Assembly (NCBI GenBank): GCA_035647155.1
Contig: DASRNZ010000162.1
Location: forward strand, 3,918 to 67,917
Direction of reading: 5' to 3'
DNA from: Thiopseudomonas sp.
Lineage (GTDB): Bacteria > Pseudomonadota > Gammaproteobacteria > Pseudomonadales > Pseudomonadaceae
DNA length: 64,000 bases
Under the pieces are notes generated by a model. It saw nothing but the letters and a program-made list of their open reading frames with translations. It was not told the origin of the DNA and ran no database searches. Both the position numbers and the translations under genes were made by a program. Positions within the stretch are counted from its first letter, which is position 1, and each line of letters starts with the position of its first letter. This document shows, piece by piece, positions 41,111 to 51,398 of this stretch.

Positions 41111-42298
41111 TTAGAAACTATCACCTGGAATACGTACCCAGCCTTCCATAAGTACACGTGCACTGCGACTCATAATGGCTTTTTTAACGATCCATTTGCC
41201 ATTGTCTTGTACCGCTTCTGCACCGACACGCAAGGTACCCGACGGATGACCAAAATTAACTGCGGTACGATCACCGCCGCCAGCAGCCAAGTTAACTAAA
41301 GTGCCAGGGATCGCTGCTGCCGTACCTATGGCTACTGCAGCAGTGCCCATCATCGCGTGGTGTAATTGCCCCATCGATAACGCACGCACCAAGACATCAA
41401 TATCAGCAGCTTTTATCTCTTTAGCACTGGACGCTGTGTAATCTGCAGGCGACGCAACAAAGGCCACTTTGGGCGTGTGCTGACGCGCAGCAGCTTCAGC
41501 GACATCCTTAATTAAACCCATTTTCACTGCGCCATAAGAACGGATCAGCTCAAATTTAGCTAAAGCATCTTTGTCGCTGTTGATTGCAGACTGCAACTCA
41601 GTGCCGCTATAGCCAATATCTGCCGCATTGACAAAGATGGTTGGAATGCCTGCGTTGATCAATGTGGCTTTCAACGTGCCAACACCCGGTACTTCAAGAT
41701 CATCCACCACATTACCGGTCGGGAACATCGCTGCATCATCGCCATCACCGTCCGCCGGATCAAGAAACTCAATCTGCACTTCCGCCGCAGGGAAAGTCAC
41801 GCCATCCAGCTCAAAGTCACCGGTTTCTTGTACTTCACCGTTGGTAATAGGTACATGGGCAATAATGGTTTTTTCGATATTGACCTGCCAGATACGTACG
41901 GTGCAGATACCGTTTTGCGGGATTTTATCCGCAGCAACTAAGCCATTAGAGATGGCAAAGGAGCCGACTGCCGCGGTTAAGTTACCGCAGTTACCACTCC
42001 AGTCGACAAAGGGCTTATCAATCGAGACTTGACCAAATAAGTAGTCAACATCGTGATCTGCACGCTCACTTTTCGCCAGCAATACTGTTTTGCTGGTGCT
42101 AGAAGTTGCGCCGCCCATACCATCAGTTTGCTTAGCATAAGGGTCTGGACTGCCAATCACCCGTAATAACAAGGCATCACGCGCTGCGCCAGCCTGCTGT
42201 GCTGCTGCAGGTAAATCATCAATACGGAAAAACACACCCTTACTGGTACCACCACGCATATAGGTTGCGGGGATTTTAATTTGTGGGACCTGACTCAT
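41111..42298 (-). CDS. prpF: 2-methylaconitate cis-trans isomerase PrpF
   Basis: IPATYMRGGTSKG N-terminus; 395 aa; directly downstream of acnD. Confidence 0.92.
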   Translation of the reverse strand: MSQVPQIKIPATYMRGGTSKGVFFRIDDLPAAAQQAGAARDALLLRVIGSPDPYAKQTDGMGGATSSTSKTVLLAKSERADHDVDYLFGQVSIDKPFVDWSGNCGNLTAAVGSFAISNGLVAADKIPQNGICTVRIWQVNIEKTIIAHVPITNGEVQETGDFELDGVTFPAAEVQIEFLDPADGDGDDAAMFPTGNVVDDLEVPGVGTLKATLINAGIPTIFVNAADIGYSGTELQSAINSDKDALAKFELIRSYGAVKMGLIKDVAEAAARQHTPKVAFVASPADYTASSAKEIKAADIDVLVRALSMGQLHHAMMGTAAVAIGTAAAIPGTLVNLAAGGGDRTAVNFGHPSGTLRVGAEAVQDNGKWIVKKAIMSRSARVLMEGWVRIPGDSF

Positions 42299-42420
42299 AA
42301 TGGAATCTCCCTAAGCTCAATATAAAAACAATAGTGGCTGAATACACAGCGACACTAGAAAATAAAAACCCGCTAAACAAGGATCACTCGTTTAGCGGGT
42401 TGGTTATGCCTTAAGCTGCA

Positions 42421-45018
42421 TTAAGCATTGACGCCTTCTGATGCCAGAAACTCTTGAGCAAAGCGTTGCAGTACACCGCCTGCTTCATAGACAACCTGCT
42501 CTGCTGCCGTATCAATACGGCTGAGCATGGGCACTCGTACGACTTCACCGTTACGACGAGTGATGACTAAAGTCATGGTATTACCTGGCTTCAGTTCACC
42601 TTCAACGTCGTAGGTTTCAGTACCGTCTAAACCTAATGTTTTACGGGTCGTGCCTTCAGCAAATTGCAGCGGCAGCACACCCATACCAATCAGGTTAGTA
42701 CGGTGAATACGCTCAAAACCTTCAGCAGCAATCACTTCAACACCGGCCAAACGCACGCCTTTAGCAGCCCAGTCACGTGATGAACCCTGACCGTAGTCAG
42801 CACCGGCGACAATAATCAGCGGCTGTTTGCGCTCCATATAGGCTTCAATCGCTTCCCACATACGGGTCACTTTGCCTTCTGGCTCAATACGCGCCAGCGA
42901 TCCTTGGCGAACCTCACCCTTTTCATCCAAAACCATTTCATTAAAGAGTTTCGGGTTAGCAAAGGTGGCACGCTGTGCAGTCAGGTGGTCACCACGGTGA
43001 GTGGCATAGGAGTTGAAGTCAACTTCTGGCAAGCCCATTTTATGCAGATATTCACCGGCGGCACTGTCCAGCATAATCGCGTTGGATGGCGACAAGTGGT
43101 CAGTGGTGATGTTGTCACCTAACACCGCTAACGGCAGCATACCTTTCATGGTGCGCTCACCCGCCAAAGCACCTTCCCAGTACGGCGGACGACGGATATA
43201 GGTACTCATCGGACGCCAATCATACAGTGGACTGGGCGACTGAGTGATAGAACCTAGATCAAACATGGGGATATAGACTTGATTGAACTGATCAGGCTTA
43301 ACGCTTGCAGCTACAATCTCATCAATCTCTGCATCGGTTGGCCACAGATCTTTCAAGGTAATAGGATTACCCTCTTTATCATGACCCAGTGCATCTTTTT
43401 CAATATCGAAACGGATGGTACCAGCAATGGCATAAGCAACCACTAATGGCGGTGAAGCCAAGAACGCCTGTTTAGCGTAGGGGTGAATACGGCCATCGAA
43501 GTTACGGTTGCCCGACAGCACTGCTGTGGCATACAGATCACGATCAATGATTTCTTGTTGGATCACAGGATCCAATGCGCCGCTCATTCCGTTACAGGTG
43601 GTGCAGGCAAAACCAACGATACCAAAACCTAGCTGCTCAAGCTCTTCGAGCAATTTAGCGTCTTTAAGGTACAGCTCAGCCACTTTTGAACCAGGGGCAA
43701 AAGAAGTTTTCACCCATGGTTTGCGCTCTAAGCCCAACTTATTTGCGTTACGTGCCACCAGTGCCGCCGCAACTACGTTACGCGGGTTACTGGTGTTGGT
43801 GCAGCTGGTGATGGCAGCAATAATCACTGCGCCATCGGGCATTAAGCCTTCTTCTTTTTCCCATGCGCCAGCAATGCCTTTGGCAGCAAGATCGCTGGTA
43901 GAAACACGTGCATGCGGGTTGGAGGGGCCAGCCATATTACGACCGACTGCAGACAGGTCAAACTTCAGCACACGCTCATACTGAGCGTCTTTTAAGCTAT
44001 CCGCCCACAGGCCAGTTACTTTAGCGTAGTTCTCAACCAAAGCAATTTGCTCTGGCTCACGACCGGTCAGGGTTAAATACTCAATAGTTTGTTCATCAAT
44101 ATAGAACATACCAGCGGTTGCACCGTATTCAGGTGTCATATTGGAAATAGTGGCACGGTCACCAATGGATAAGGTCGCAGCACCTTCACCAAAGAACTCT
44201 AAGTAAGCACCGACCACGCGCTCTTTACGCAAGAACTCGGTCATTTCCAGAACAATATCAGTGGCAGTAATACCCGGCTGACGCTTACCAATCAGCTCAA
44301 CACCGACTATATTGGGTAGGCGCATCATGGAAGGTAGACCAAGCATCACGGTTTCTGCTTCGAGACCACCGACACCAATAGCCAGTACGCCTAGAGCATC
44401 AACGTGTGGAGTATGGCTGTCAGTACCGACACAAGTATCGGGGAAGGCAATACCGTCACGTGCCTGAATCACTGGAGACATTTTCTCCAAGTTGATTTGG
44501 TGCATGATGCCGTTACCGGCTGGAATCACATCAACGTTTTTAAAGGCAGTTTTAGTCCACTCAATAAAGTGAAAGCGGTCTTCGTTACGACGATCTTCAA
44601 TCGTACGGTTTTTATCAAAGGCATCTGGATCACAACCACCGTGCTCAACCGCTAAGGAGTGGTCAACGATCAATTGAGTCGGAACCACCGGGTTTACTTT
44701 AGACGGATCACCGCCCTGCTCGGCAATGGCATCACGCAAACCAGCCAAGTCAACCAACGCAGTTTGCCCGAGAATATCATGGCAAACAACACGCGCCGGA
44801 TACCAAGGGAAGTCTAAGTCACTCTTGCGATAAATCAGCTGCTTAAGCGCATCCGTAAGCTCACTGGGCTCGCAGCGGCGTACTAGGTTTTCTGCCAAGA
44901 CGCGTGATGTGTAAGGCAGCTTGGCATAAGCGCCCGGTTCAATGGCATCAACTGCTTCACGCACATCGTAATAATCGAGCGCGGTGCTAGGTAGTTTTTT
45001 ACGGAATTGAATATTCAT
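42421..45018 (-). CDS. acnD: Fe/S-dependent 2-methylcitrate dehydratase AcnD (aconitase family)
   Basis: 865 aa aconitase fold (GTDSHT, ITSCTNTSNP, CTTCNGMSG) in prpC-acnD-prpF context. Confidence 0.93.
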   Translation of the reverse strand: MNIQFRKKLPSTALDYYDVREAVDAIEPGAYAKLPYTSRVLAENLVRRCEPSELTDALKQLIYRKSDLDFPWYPARVVCHDILGQTALVDLAGLRDAIAEQGGDPSKVNPVVPTQLIVDHSLAVEHGGCDPDAFDKNRTIEDRRNEDRFHFIEWTKTAFKNVDVIPAGNGIMHQINLEKMSPVIQARDGIAFPDTCVGTDSHTPHVDALGVLAIGVGGLEAETVMLGLPSMMRLPNIVGVELIGKRQPGITATDIVLEMTEFLRKERVVGAYLEFFGEGAATLSIGDRATISNMTPEYGATAGMFYIDEQTIEYLTLTGREPEQIALVENYAKVTGLWADSLKDAQYERVLKFDLSAVGRNMAGPSNPHARVSTSDLAAKGIAGAWEKEEGLMPDGAVIIAAITSCTNTSNPRNVVAAALVARNANKLGLERKPWVKTSFAPGSKVAELYLKDAKLLEELEQLGFGIVGFACTTCNGMSGALDPVIQQEIIDRDLYATAVLSGNRNFDGRIHPYAKQAFLASPPLVVAYAIAGTIRFDIEKDALGHDKEGNPITLKDLWPTDAEIDEIVAASVKPDQFNQVYIPMFDLGSITQSPSPLYDWRPMSTYIRRPPYWEGALAGERTMKGMLPLAVLGDNITTDHLSPSNAIMLDSAAGEYLHKMGLPEVDFNSYATHRGDHLTAQRATFANPKLFNEMVLDEKGEVRQGSLARIEPEGKVTRMWEAIEAYMERKQPLIIVAGADYGQGSSRDWAAKGVRLAGVEVIAAEGFERIHRTNLIGMGVLPLQFAEGTTRKTLGLDGTETYDVEGELKPGNTMTLVITRRNGEVVRVPMLSRIDTAAEQVVYEAGGVLQRFAQEFLASEGVNA

Positions 45019-45072
45019 AACGTTTTAAAATCCCTCAGGTAATCACGGGTGAACTCAACAGACTGAACCATG

Positions 45073-45102
45073 AAAACCGGCTGTACTTTGCTACAGCCGG
45101 TT
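45073..45102 (-). terminator. Intra-operon hairpin with U-tract between prpC and acnD (attenuator candidate)
   Basis: The minus-strand RNA forms AACCGGCUGUA-GCAAAG-UACAGCCGGUU followed by UUUC. Confidence 0.55.
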
Positions 45103-45128
45103 ACGGATCAGCTTAAGCGCTCAAACGC

Positions 45129-46265
45129 TTAACGCTCGCCAACAGGCGGCACTGGGCGATGCTCCTCACCGATATATTCAGCACTGGGGCGAATAATACG
45201 GTTATTAGCTCGCTGTTCAAACATATGCGCTGCCCAACCGCTGACGCGTGAGCAAACAAAAATCGGGGTAAACAACTGAGTTGGAATACCCATAAAACGG
45301 TAGGCTGAGGCATGGAAAAAGTCAGCATTAGGGAATAAGCGTTTTTCTTCCCACATAAAGGTCTCAATGGCTTCTGAAACAGGATAAATCACAGTATCCC
45401 CGACTTCGTCTGCTAATTGTTTTGCATAGCCTTTAATCACTTCGTTACGCGGATCAGAGTCACGGTAAATGGCATGACCAAAACCCATAATTAAATCTTT
45501 ACGAGCAATCATTGCGCGCAACTCTTCAACCGCTTCTTCGGGTGAACTGAAACGATCAATCAGATCCATCGCTGCTTCGTTCGCACCACCATGTAATGGG
45601 CCGCGTAACGAGCCAATCGCACCGGTAATGCATGAATACAGGTCAGACAGTGTTGAAGCACAGACACGACCGGTAAAGGTTGAAGCATTAAACTCATGCT
45701 CGGCATAAAGAATCAGCGAGACATTCATCACTTTACTATGCAATGCGCTGGGTGATTTATCATGCAATAACGCGAGAAAATGACTGCCCATATCAGGCTC
45801 ATTGGTCATGCAGTCAATGCGCACAGCATCATGACTGAAACGGTACCAATATAATAAAATTGCAGGAAAGGCTGCTAATAAACGGTCAACTACATCCAAC
45901 TGCTGATCAAAACTCAACTCAGGCTCTAAAGTGCCCAACATTGAAGTACCAATACGCATCACATCCATTGGGTGTGCGTCAGCTGGAATGCGCTCGAGAA
46001 CTTCTTTTAAAGTTTCTGGTAAATCACGCAGTGCATGTAAACGTTTAAGATAAACCGCCAACTCACTCTTATTGGGCAAGTGCCCACGTAGGAGCAAATA
46101 AGCTACTTCTTCAAATGAGCTGCAATTGGCAGCTAAATCACGCACATCATAACCACGGTAGGTTAAACCTGCGCCTTCTTTACCCACAGTACAGAGTGCT
46201 GTTTGCCCTGCAATCTGGCCACGCAAACCTGCGCCGCTCAATACTTTTTTCTTATCTTCAGCCAT
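45129..46265 (-). CDS. prpC: 2-methylcitrate synthase
   Basis: Citrate synthase family (GPLHGGANE, MGFGHAIY); 378 aa; prp context. Confidence 0.95.
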   Translation of the reverse strand: MAEDKKKVLSGAGLRGQIAGQTALCTVGKEGAGLTYRGYDVRDLAANCSSFEEVAYLLLRGHLPNKSELAVYLKRLHALRDLPETLKEVLERIPADAHPMDVMRIGTSMLGTLEPELSFDQQLDVVDRLLAAFPAILLYWYRFSHDAVRIDCMTNEPDMGSHFLALLHDKSPSALHSKVMNVSLILYAEHEFNASTFTGRVCASTLSDLYSCITGAIGSLRGPLHGGANEAAMDLIDRFSSPEEAVEELRAMIARKDLIMGFGHAIYRDSDPRNEVIKGYAKQLADEVGDTVIYPVSEAIETFMWEEKRLFPNADFFHASAYRFMGIPTQLFTPIFVCSRVSGWAAHMFEQRANNRIIRPSAEYIGEEHRPVPPVGER

Positions 46266-46318
46266 GACGGTATTCCTCTTATTCTTATTGTTTCTATCAC
46301 TCTATAGGTGATTAAAAA

Positions 46319-47206
46319 TTAGCTTTTTTTCTGTGCAAACAGTGCATCTAAACTTTGCTCAAAGGCGTGGTAATTGATGCGGTCATACAATTCCATACGG
46401 GTTTGCATAGTATCGATCACATTCTTTTGCGTACCATCGCGGCGTACTGCTTCATATACATTTTCCGCAGCTTTGTTCATCGCACGGAATGCAGACAGCG
46501 GGTAGAGCACTAAGCCTACATTGGCAGCTCTGAGCTCATCCACAGTAAAGAGTGGCGTCGCACCAAACTCAGTGATATTGGCTAGAATCGGCGCATTAAC
46601 ACGCTCAGCAAACAGCTTGTACATTTCCAACTCAGTGATGGCTTCAGGGAAGACCATATCGGCACCCGCTTCAATACAGGCAGCAGCACGGTCTAGCGCA
46701 GAGTTCAGTCCTTCAACGGCTAAAGCATCGGTACGCGCCATAATCACAAAACTATCATCGGTACGCGCATCAACGGCAGCTTTAATACGGTCAACCATTT
46801 CTTGTTGAGTGACGATTTCTTTATTGGGACGGTGACCGCAACGCTTGGCACCCACTTGGTCTTCAATATGAATCGCTGCAGCGCCGGCTTTACACATCGA
46901 TTTAACGGTACGCGCAACGTTAAATGCAGACGAACCAAAGCCCGTGTCGACATCGACTAATAAAGGCAGATCACAGACATCAGTGATACGACGCACATCA
47001 ATCAGAACATCTTCAAGACCGGTAATACCCAAATCTGGTAAACCCAGTGAACCTGCGGCAACACCGCCACCGGATAGATAAATAGCTTTAAAGCCAGCGC
47101 GCTGTGCTAATAAAGCGTGGTTTGCGTTAATCGCACCTATGACTTGTAGCGGGCTTTCTTCGACAACAGCATCACGAAAGCGTTGACCTGGAGTTGTACG
47201 ACTCAT
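46319..47206 (-). CDS. prpB: Methylisocitrate lyase
   Basis: [12 protein letters not shown] active-site block; 295 aa. Confidence 0.95.
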   Translation of the reverse strand: MSRTTPGQRFRDAVVEESPLQVIGAINANHALLAQRAGFKAIYLSGGGVAAGSLGLPDLGITGLEDVLIDVRRITDVCDLPLLVDVDTGFGSSAFNVARTVKSMCKAGAAAIHIEDQVGAKRCGHRPNKEIVTQQEMVDRIKAAVDARTDDSFVIMARTDALAVEGLNSALDRAAACIEAGADMVFPEAITELEMYKLFAERVNAPILANITEFGATPLFTVDELRAANVGLVLYPLSAFRAMNKAAENVYEAVRRDGTQKNVIDTMQTRMELYDRINYHAFEQSLDALFAQKKS

Positions 47207-47946
47207 AATTCACCTCGTAGGGATTGGACGGTGTTATTGGCACCTTGATAATGACGTTCAATATTGCGTCGCGATGCAGCGATATGGCGACGCATCAGTA
47301 ATTCAGCTAATTCACCATCGCCAGCGGCAATGGCATCTAATATGCCGTGATGTTCTTTAAAGGCTTGTTGGGGGCGGTTGGGCGTGGTCGAGTATTGAAT
47401 ACGGAACATGCGCACCAACTGATACAGCTCTTCAGTCAGTAATTTAACCAGCATCTGGTTGCCACTGCCTTGGATAATCTTGTAGTGAAAGTCGTAATCA
47501 CCTTCTTGCTGGTAATACCCCACACCGGCTTGGAAGGCGGCATCGCGCTCATGGGTATCCAATACCGCTCGCAACTCATCAATTTCCGTTGGAGTCATCC
47601 GCTCAGCCGCTAAACGGCAGGCCATGCTCTCCAATGACTCGCGTATTTCATACAGCTCAATTAATTCTGTAGGCGATAACGCCACAACCCGCGCGCCCAC
47701 ATGGGGGATACGTACTAAAAGACGCTGCCCTTCTAAACGATGAATGGCTTCGCGCAACGGACCTCGACTAATGCCATAGGTGCGCGCCAGTTCTGGTTCA
47801 GAAATTTTACTACCTGGGGCGATATCACCGCACACTATAGCGGCCTGAATACTGCGAAAAACCTGTTCTGATAAGGTTGCAGAATCACCGCTAACACGTG
47901 TTATTTCATCTAGAAGCTCTGCCACAGTGTCGACACCTTCAGCCAA
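47203..47946 (-). CDS. GntR-family (FadR/FCD-type) transcriptional regulator of the prp operon
   Basis: wHTH block [28 protein letters not shown] plus an FCD domain. 4-nt overlap with prpB. The TTG start at 47946 is uncertain. Confidence 0.85.
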   Translation of the reverse strand: MAEGVDTVAELLDEITRVSGDSATLSEQVFRSIQAAIVCGDIAPGSKISEPELARTYGISRGPLREAIHRLEGQRLLVRIPHVGARVVALSPTELIELYEIRESLESMACRLAAERMTPTEIDELRAVLDTHERDAAFQAGVGYYQQEGDYDFHYKIIQGSGNQMLVKLLTEELYQLVRMFRIQYSTTPNRPQQAFKEHHGILDAIAAGDGELAELLMRRHIAASRRNIERHYQGANNTVQSLRGEL

Positions 47947-47998
47947 TCAATGCCTAAAAACTACATTTTAGTGGCAGTTATGTCAACACTACACATCA

Positions 47999-48010
47999 AT
48001 TGTCGACAAT
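47999..48010. promoter_or_regulatory. Palindromic operator candidate ATTGTCGACAAT
   Basis: Perfect 12-bp palindrome about 55 nt upstream of the GntR gene. A second GTGTCGACAC palindrome lies at 47927-47936. Confidence 0.45.
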
Positions 48011-48266
48011 CTTGCGACCAAGGTCGAATAAATGAACGGACAACGCCGACTGCTGTCAATCTATGCGCACAGGCACACATCTCCGTACTAGCGCAATACA
48101 ATGGACAAAAGCACTGCAGATGGATGATTGCATGGTTATTTTTAAGATTGCCCATTAGAATACATCGTCCACCACTGCCTTATCCTTCAGTAGGATCAAG
48201 CCTCAGTACTTTAGTCTGAGTATTGGCAGCATAGGACACAGTCATATTTTTATATTTGCGAGCATT

Positions 48267-48812
48267 ATGAGACTTAATATTTTTGCACTATTAACATGTC
48301 TTTTTTTACTACCGACGATGAGCATTGCACACGAAAAAAACATTTATGGTTTAAATGAGCATGTCTATATTGCTGATATTGATATGCATATGTCAGCTAA
48401 ACTGGACACTGGTGCTAAAACTGCATCGCTCAGCGCCCGTGATATCGAGCAATTTAAACGTGAGGGAAAATCCTGGGTGCGCTTTTACTTAGCTTTAGAT
48501 GAAGCGCACGAGCAGGCTTTCGAGTTACCTTTAGCACGTATCAGCCGAATTAAACGCCGTTCAGGTGACTACGACCCTGAAGAAGAAAAAAGCTATACAG
48601 CACGACCTGTCGTCAGTATGTCGGTCTGCATGGGACACACACTGCGCAGTATTGAAGTGAACTTAACCGACCGTAGCACTTTCAAACACCCTTTTCTGCT
48701 AGGCTCAAGCGCTTTAACAAGGTTTGGCGCGCTTGTTGACCCAAGCTTGAAATACTCTGTGGGAAAACCACAGTGCGACACTCATAACACCACCACTGTA
48801 CTTGCTGAGTAA
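48267..48812 (+). CDS. Exported retropepsin-like aspartic peptidase (family usually auto-annotated 'ATP-dependent zinc protease', DUF785)
   Basis: Signal peptide MRLNIFALLTCLFLLPTMSIA. D-T-G triad in SAKLDTGAKTASL (nt 48405-48413). Confidence 0.75.
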   Translation: MRLNIFALLTCLFLLPTMSIAHEKNIYGLNEHVYIADIDMHMSAKLDTGAKTASLSARDIEQFKREGKSWVRFYLALDEAHEQAFELPLARISRIKRRSGDYDPEEEKSYTARPVVSMSVCMGHTLRSIEVNLTDRSTFKHPFLLGSSALTRFGALVDPSLKYSVGKPQCDTHNTTTVLAE

Positions 48813-48817
48813 TTACC

Positions 48818-50344
48818 ATGCGTTCACTGACACTGCACCTTAGAATATTAATCGCCCTATGTGTCATTATTGGCGCCTCGGTCACGGCCTATCAGATTTA
48901 TGTCTTAGGCATCCCAGTGTCTGCTGAAGAAACAGACAATCTCTGGAATATTGATGCCAAAGTTGAATTTAATGCCGGTGGCCGTGCCCCAGTTAAACTG
49001 CAAATGTTTGTACCGCCACTCAACCAAGACTATATCAGCCTGAACGAAAGCTTTATTTCCAATAACTATGGCGTCAGCGTCAATAGTAAGGATGATAATC
49101 GCCGCGTAACGTGGTCAGCACGCCGCGCTAATGGTAAGCAAACACTCTATTATCGTATGGTCATGACCAAGCGCTACAGTGGCGAGCAAGTGAAAGCCAA
49201 AGGCCCGATTTATCGTGAAACTTTGCCAGTTGTAGGGGCTGAAAAAATTGCTGCTGAAGCCTTGCTTGCTCCGATCCGCCAGCACTCTGCTGACGTGGAA
49301 ACTTTTATCAGCGAAGCTATTAAACGTGTCAATAACACCAGCGATGATAACGTACGTTTATTGCTCGGCGGAGACTCCTCTAGCGAACGCAAAGCCGATG
49401 CGATTGATATCCTTTTATCGATCGCTCACGTTCCCATGCAACGCCTACACACCATTCGCCTACAGTCTGATATTGCACAATCACCAGAGCTTTGGCTGCG
49501 CAGTTTTAATGGTGATAAATGGCTGTATTTTAATCCTCAATCGGGCGCACAAGGTTTACCCAATGACCGCATGATCTGGTGGATTGGTGATGAACCTCTG
49601 TTAAACATTGAAGGTGGCAGCAAGCCCACTGTAACTTTCACTTTAAATAACAGTGAAATTAACGCTATCCGTTTGGCCCAGTTAAGCAGCGACAATGCTG
49701 ATGCCGGTTTTTTAGATTACTCACTGTACGGCTTGCCCTTACAAACTCAGCAAACCTATCAAATTATGATTATGATCCCGCTGGGTGTCATGGTGATTTT
49801 GATTTTACGTAACCTGGGTGGCCTGCAAACCTTGGGTACCTTTACTCCAGTACTGATTGCCTTAGCCTTCCGTGAAACACAGTTGGGCTTTGGAATTATA
49901 CTTTTTACCATTATAACCACCTTAGGTTTAGCCTTACGCTCCTACCTTGAACACCTGAAGTTACAGATGCTGCCGAGGCTCTCGGTGGTGCTGACTTTTG
50001 TTGTGGTATTGATTGCGGTGATCAGCTTATTCAGCCACAAACTGGGTTTAGAACGCGGTCTCTCAGTCTCACTATTCCCCATGGTTATTTTAACCATGAC
50101 CATTGAGCGTCTATCCATTACATGGGAAGAGCGTGGCGGCAGTCATGCCTTTAAAGTTGCAATTGGTACCTTGTTCGCAGCCTCATTAGCGCATTACCTA
50201 ATGAGCATCTCTGAGCTCAACTACTTTATCTTTACCTTCCCAGCAGTACTGTTGATTATGGTGGGCTTTATGTTAGCCATGGGTCGCTACCGCGGCTATC
50301 GCTTAACAGAATTATTTCGTTTCAAAGCCTTCTTAAAGGACTGA
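48818..50344 (+). CDS. Membrane protein: N-terminal anchor, extracytoplasmic inactive-transglutaminase-like domain, then 7 TM helices
   Basis: 508 aa. One N-terminal TM helix, an ~290-aa soluble region, then seven hydrophobic helices counted by eye. Starts 5 nt after the previous stop. Confidence 0.7.
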   Translation: MRSLTLHLRILIALCVIIGASVTAYQIYVLGIPVSAEETDNLWNIDAKVEFNAGGRAPVKLQMFVPPLNQDYISLNESFISNNYGVSVNSKDDNRRVTWSARRANGKQTLYYRMVMTKRYSGEQVKAKGPIYRETLPVVGAEKIAAEALLAPIRQHSADVETFISEAIKRVNNTSDDNVRLLLGGDSSSERKADAIDILLSIAHVPMQRLHTIRLQSDIAQSPELWLRSFNGDKWLYFNPQSGAQGLPNDRMIWWIGDEPLLNIEGGSKPTVTFTLNNSEINAIRLAQLSSDNADAGFLDYSLYGLPLQTQQTYQIMIMIPLGVMVILILRNLGGLQTLGTFTPVLIALAFRETQLGFGIILFTIITTLGLALRSYLEHLKLQMLPRLSVVLTFVVVLIAVISLFSHKLGLERGLSVSLFPMVILTMTIERLSITWEERGGSHAFKVAIGTLFAASLAHYLMSISELNYFIFTFPAVLLIMVGFMLAMGRYRGYRLTELFRFKAFLKD

Positions 50345-50348
50345 TGCC

Positions 50349-51335
50349 ATGTTTGGGTTTGGTTTAATTAGAACGTGGCGCGAGCTCAATGCGAAAGGCA
50401 TTATGGGTATCAATCGCCGCAATGCTGACTACGTGCTCAAGTACAACAAACGCAGTCTGTACCCTTTGGTGGATGACAAAATCCTCACCAAAGAACGCGC
50501 TATTGAAGCAGGCATTAATGTGCCTGAAATGTATGGCGTGATCTCGACCGAGAAAGAAATCGATAAGCTCGATAGTATTCTCGGTGGACGTAATGACTTT
50601 GTGATCAAGCCCGCCATGGGTGCCGGTGGTGATGGTATTTTGGTGATTGCTGACCGCTTTGAAGACCGCTACAAAACGGTTTCAGGCAAAATCATCAGCC
50701 ACGAAGAAATTGAATATCAAATTTCCAGTATTTTAACCGGCCTGTATTCACTGGGTGGCTCGCGTGACCGCGCTCTAATTGAATACCGCGTCACACCGGA
50801 CCCACTGTTTAAAAGTATCAGCTATGAAGGCGTACCGGATATTCGTGTGATTGTTTTGATGGGCTATCCGATTATGGCCATGCTGCGCTTACCCACACGT
50901 CAATCGGGTGGTAAAGCCAACTTACACCAAGGCGCCATCGGTGTGGGTGTGGATTTAGCCACTGGTCTGACGTTACAAGGCACCTGGTTAAATAACAAAA
51001 TCAACAAACACCCCGATACCAGTAACTTGGTCGCAGGCGTACAGTTACCGGACTGGGATGGTTTTATGAAACTATCGGCCGAGTGCTATGAGTTATGCGG
51101 CCTGGGCTATATTGGTGTGGATATGGTACTGGACCAAGAACAAGGCCCACTGATTTTAGAGCTGAATGCGCGCCCGGGTTTGAATATTCAAATCGCTAAC
51201 GACGCGGGTTTGACCTTACGTGCCCATGCCGTAGAACACCATATTGCCGATTTAAAACAAAAAGGCATCACTGAGACGCCTGAAGAACGTGTACGTTTTT
51301 CACAGTCTTTATTTGCCGCCACCCCTTCCCAATAA
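50349..51335 (+). CDS. Alpha-L-glutamate ligase-like ATP-grasp protein (RimK-related)
   Basis: GIMGINRRNADYVLKYNKRSLYPLVDDKILTK N-terminus; KPAMGAGGDGI; ELNARPG Mg/ATP motif. Starts 4 nt after the previous stop. Confidence 0.8.
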   Translation: MFGFGLIRTWRELNAKGIMGINRRNADYVLKYNKRSLYPLVDDKILTKERAIEAGINVPEMYGVISTEKEIDKLDSILGGRNDFVIKPAMGAGGDGILVIADRFEDRYKTVSGKIISHEEIEYQISSILTGLYSLGGSRDRALIEYRVTPDPLFKSISYEGVPDIRVIVLMGYPIMAMLRLPTRQSGGKANLHQGAIGVGVDLATGLTLQGTWLNNKINKHPDTSNLVAGVQLPDWDGFMKLSAECYELCGLGYIGVDMVLDQEQGPLILELNARPGLNIQIANDAGLTLRAHAVEHHIADLKQKGITETPEERVRFSQSLFAATPSQ

Positions 51336-51398
51336 GATCTGTGAGGCTTCTTACCTTCAGCACAGCACACGGCTGAGTTGAAGGTCACCCAAGTACCT

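Noticed and set aside
47950-48219. 89-aa plus-strand and 64-aa minus-strand ORFs in the GntR/protease intergenic region
   Set aside because: They are mutually overlapping, lack an RBS and are compositionally odd. The region is better explained as divergent promoters plus operator palindromes.
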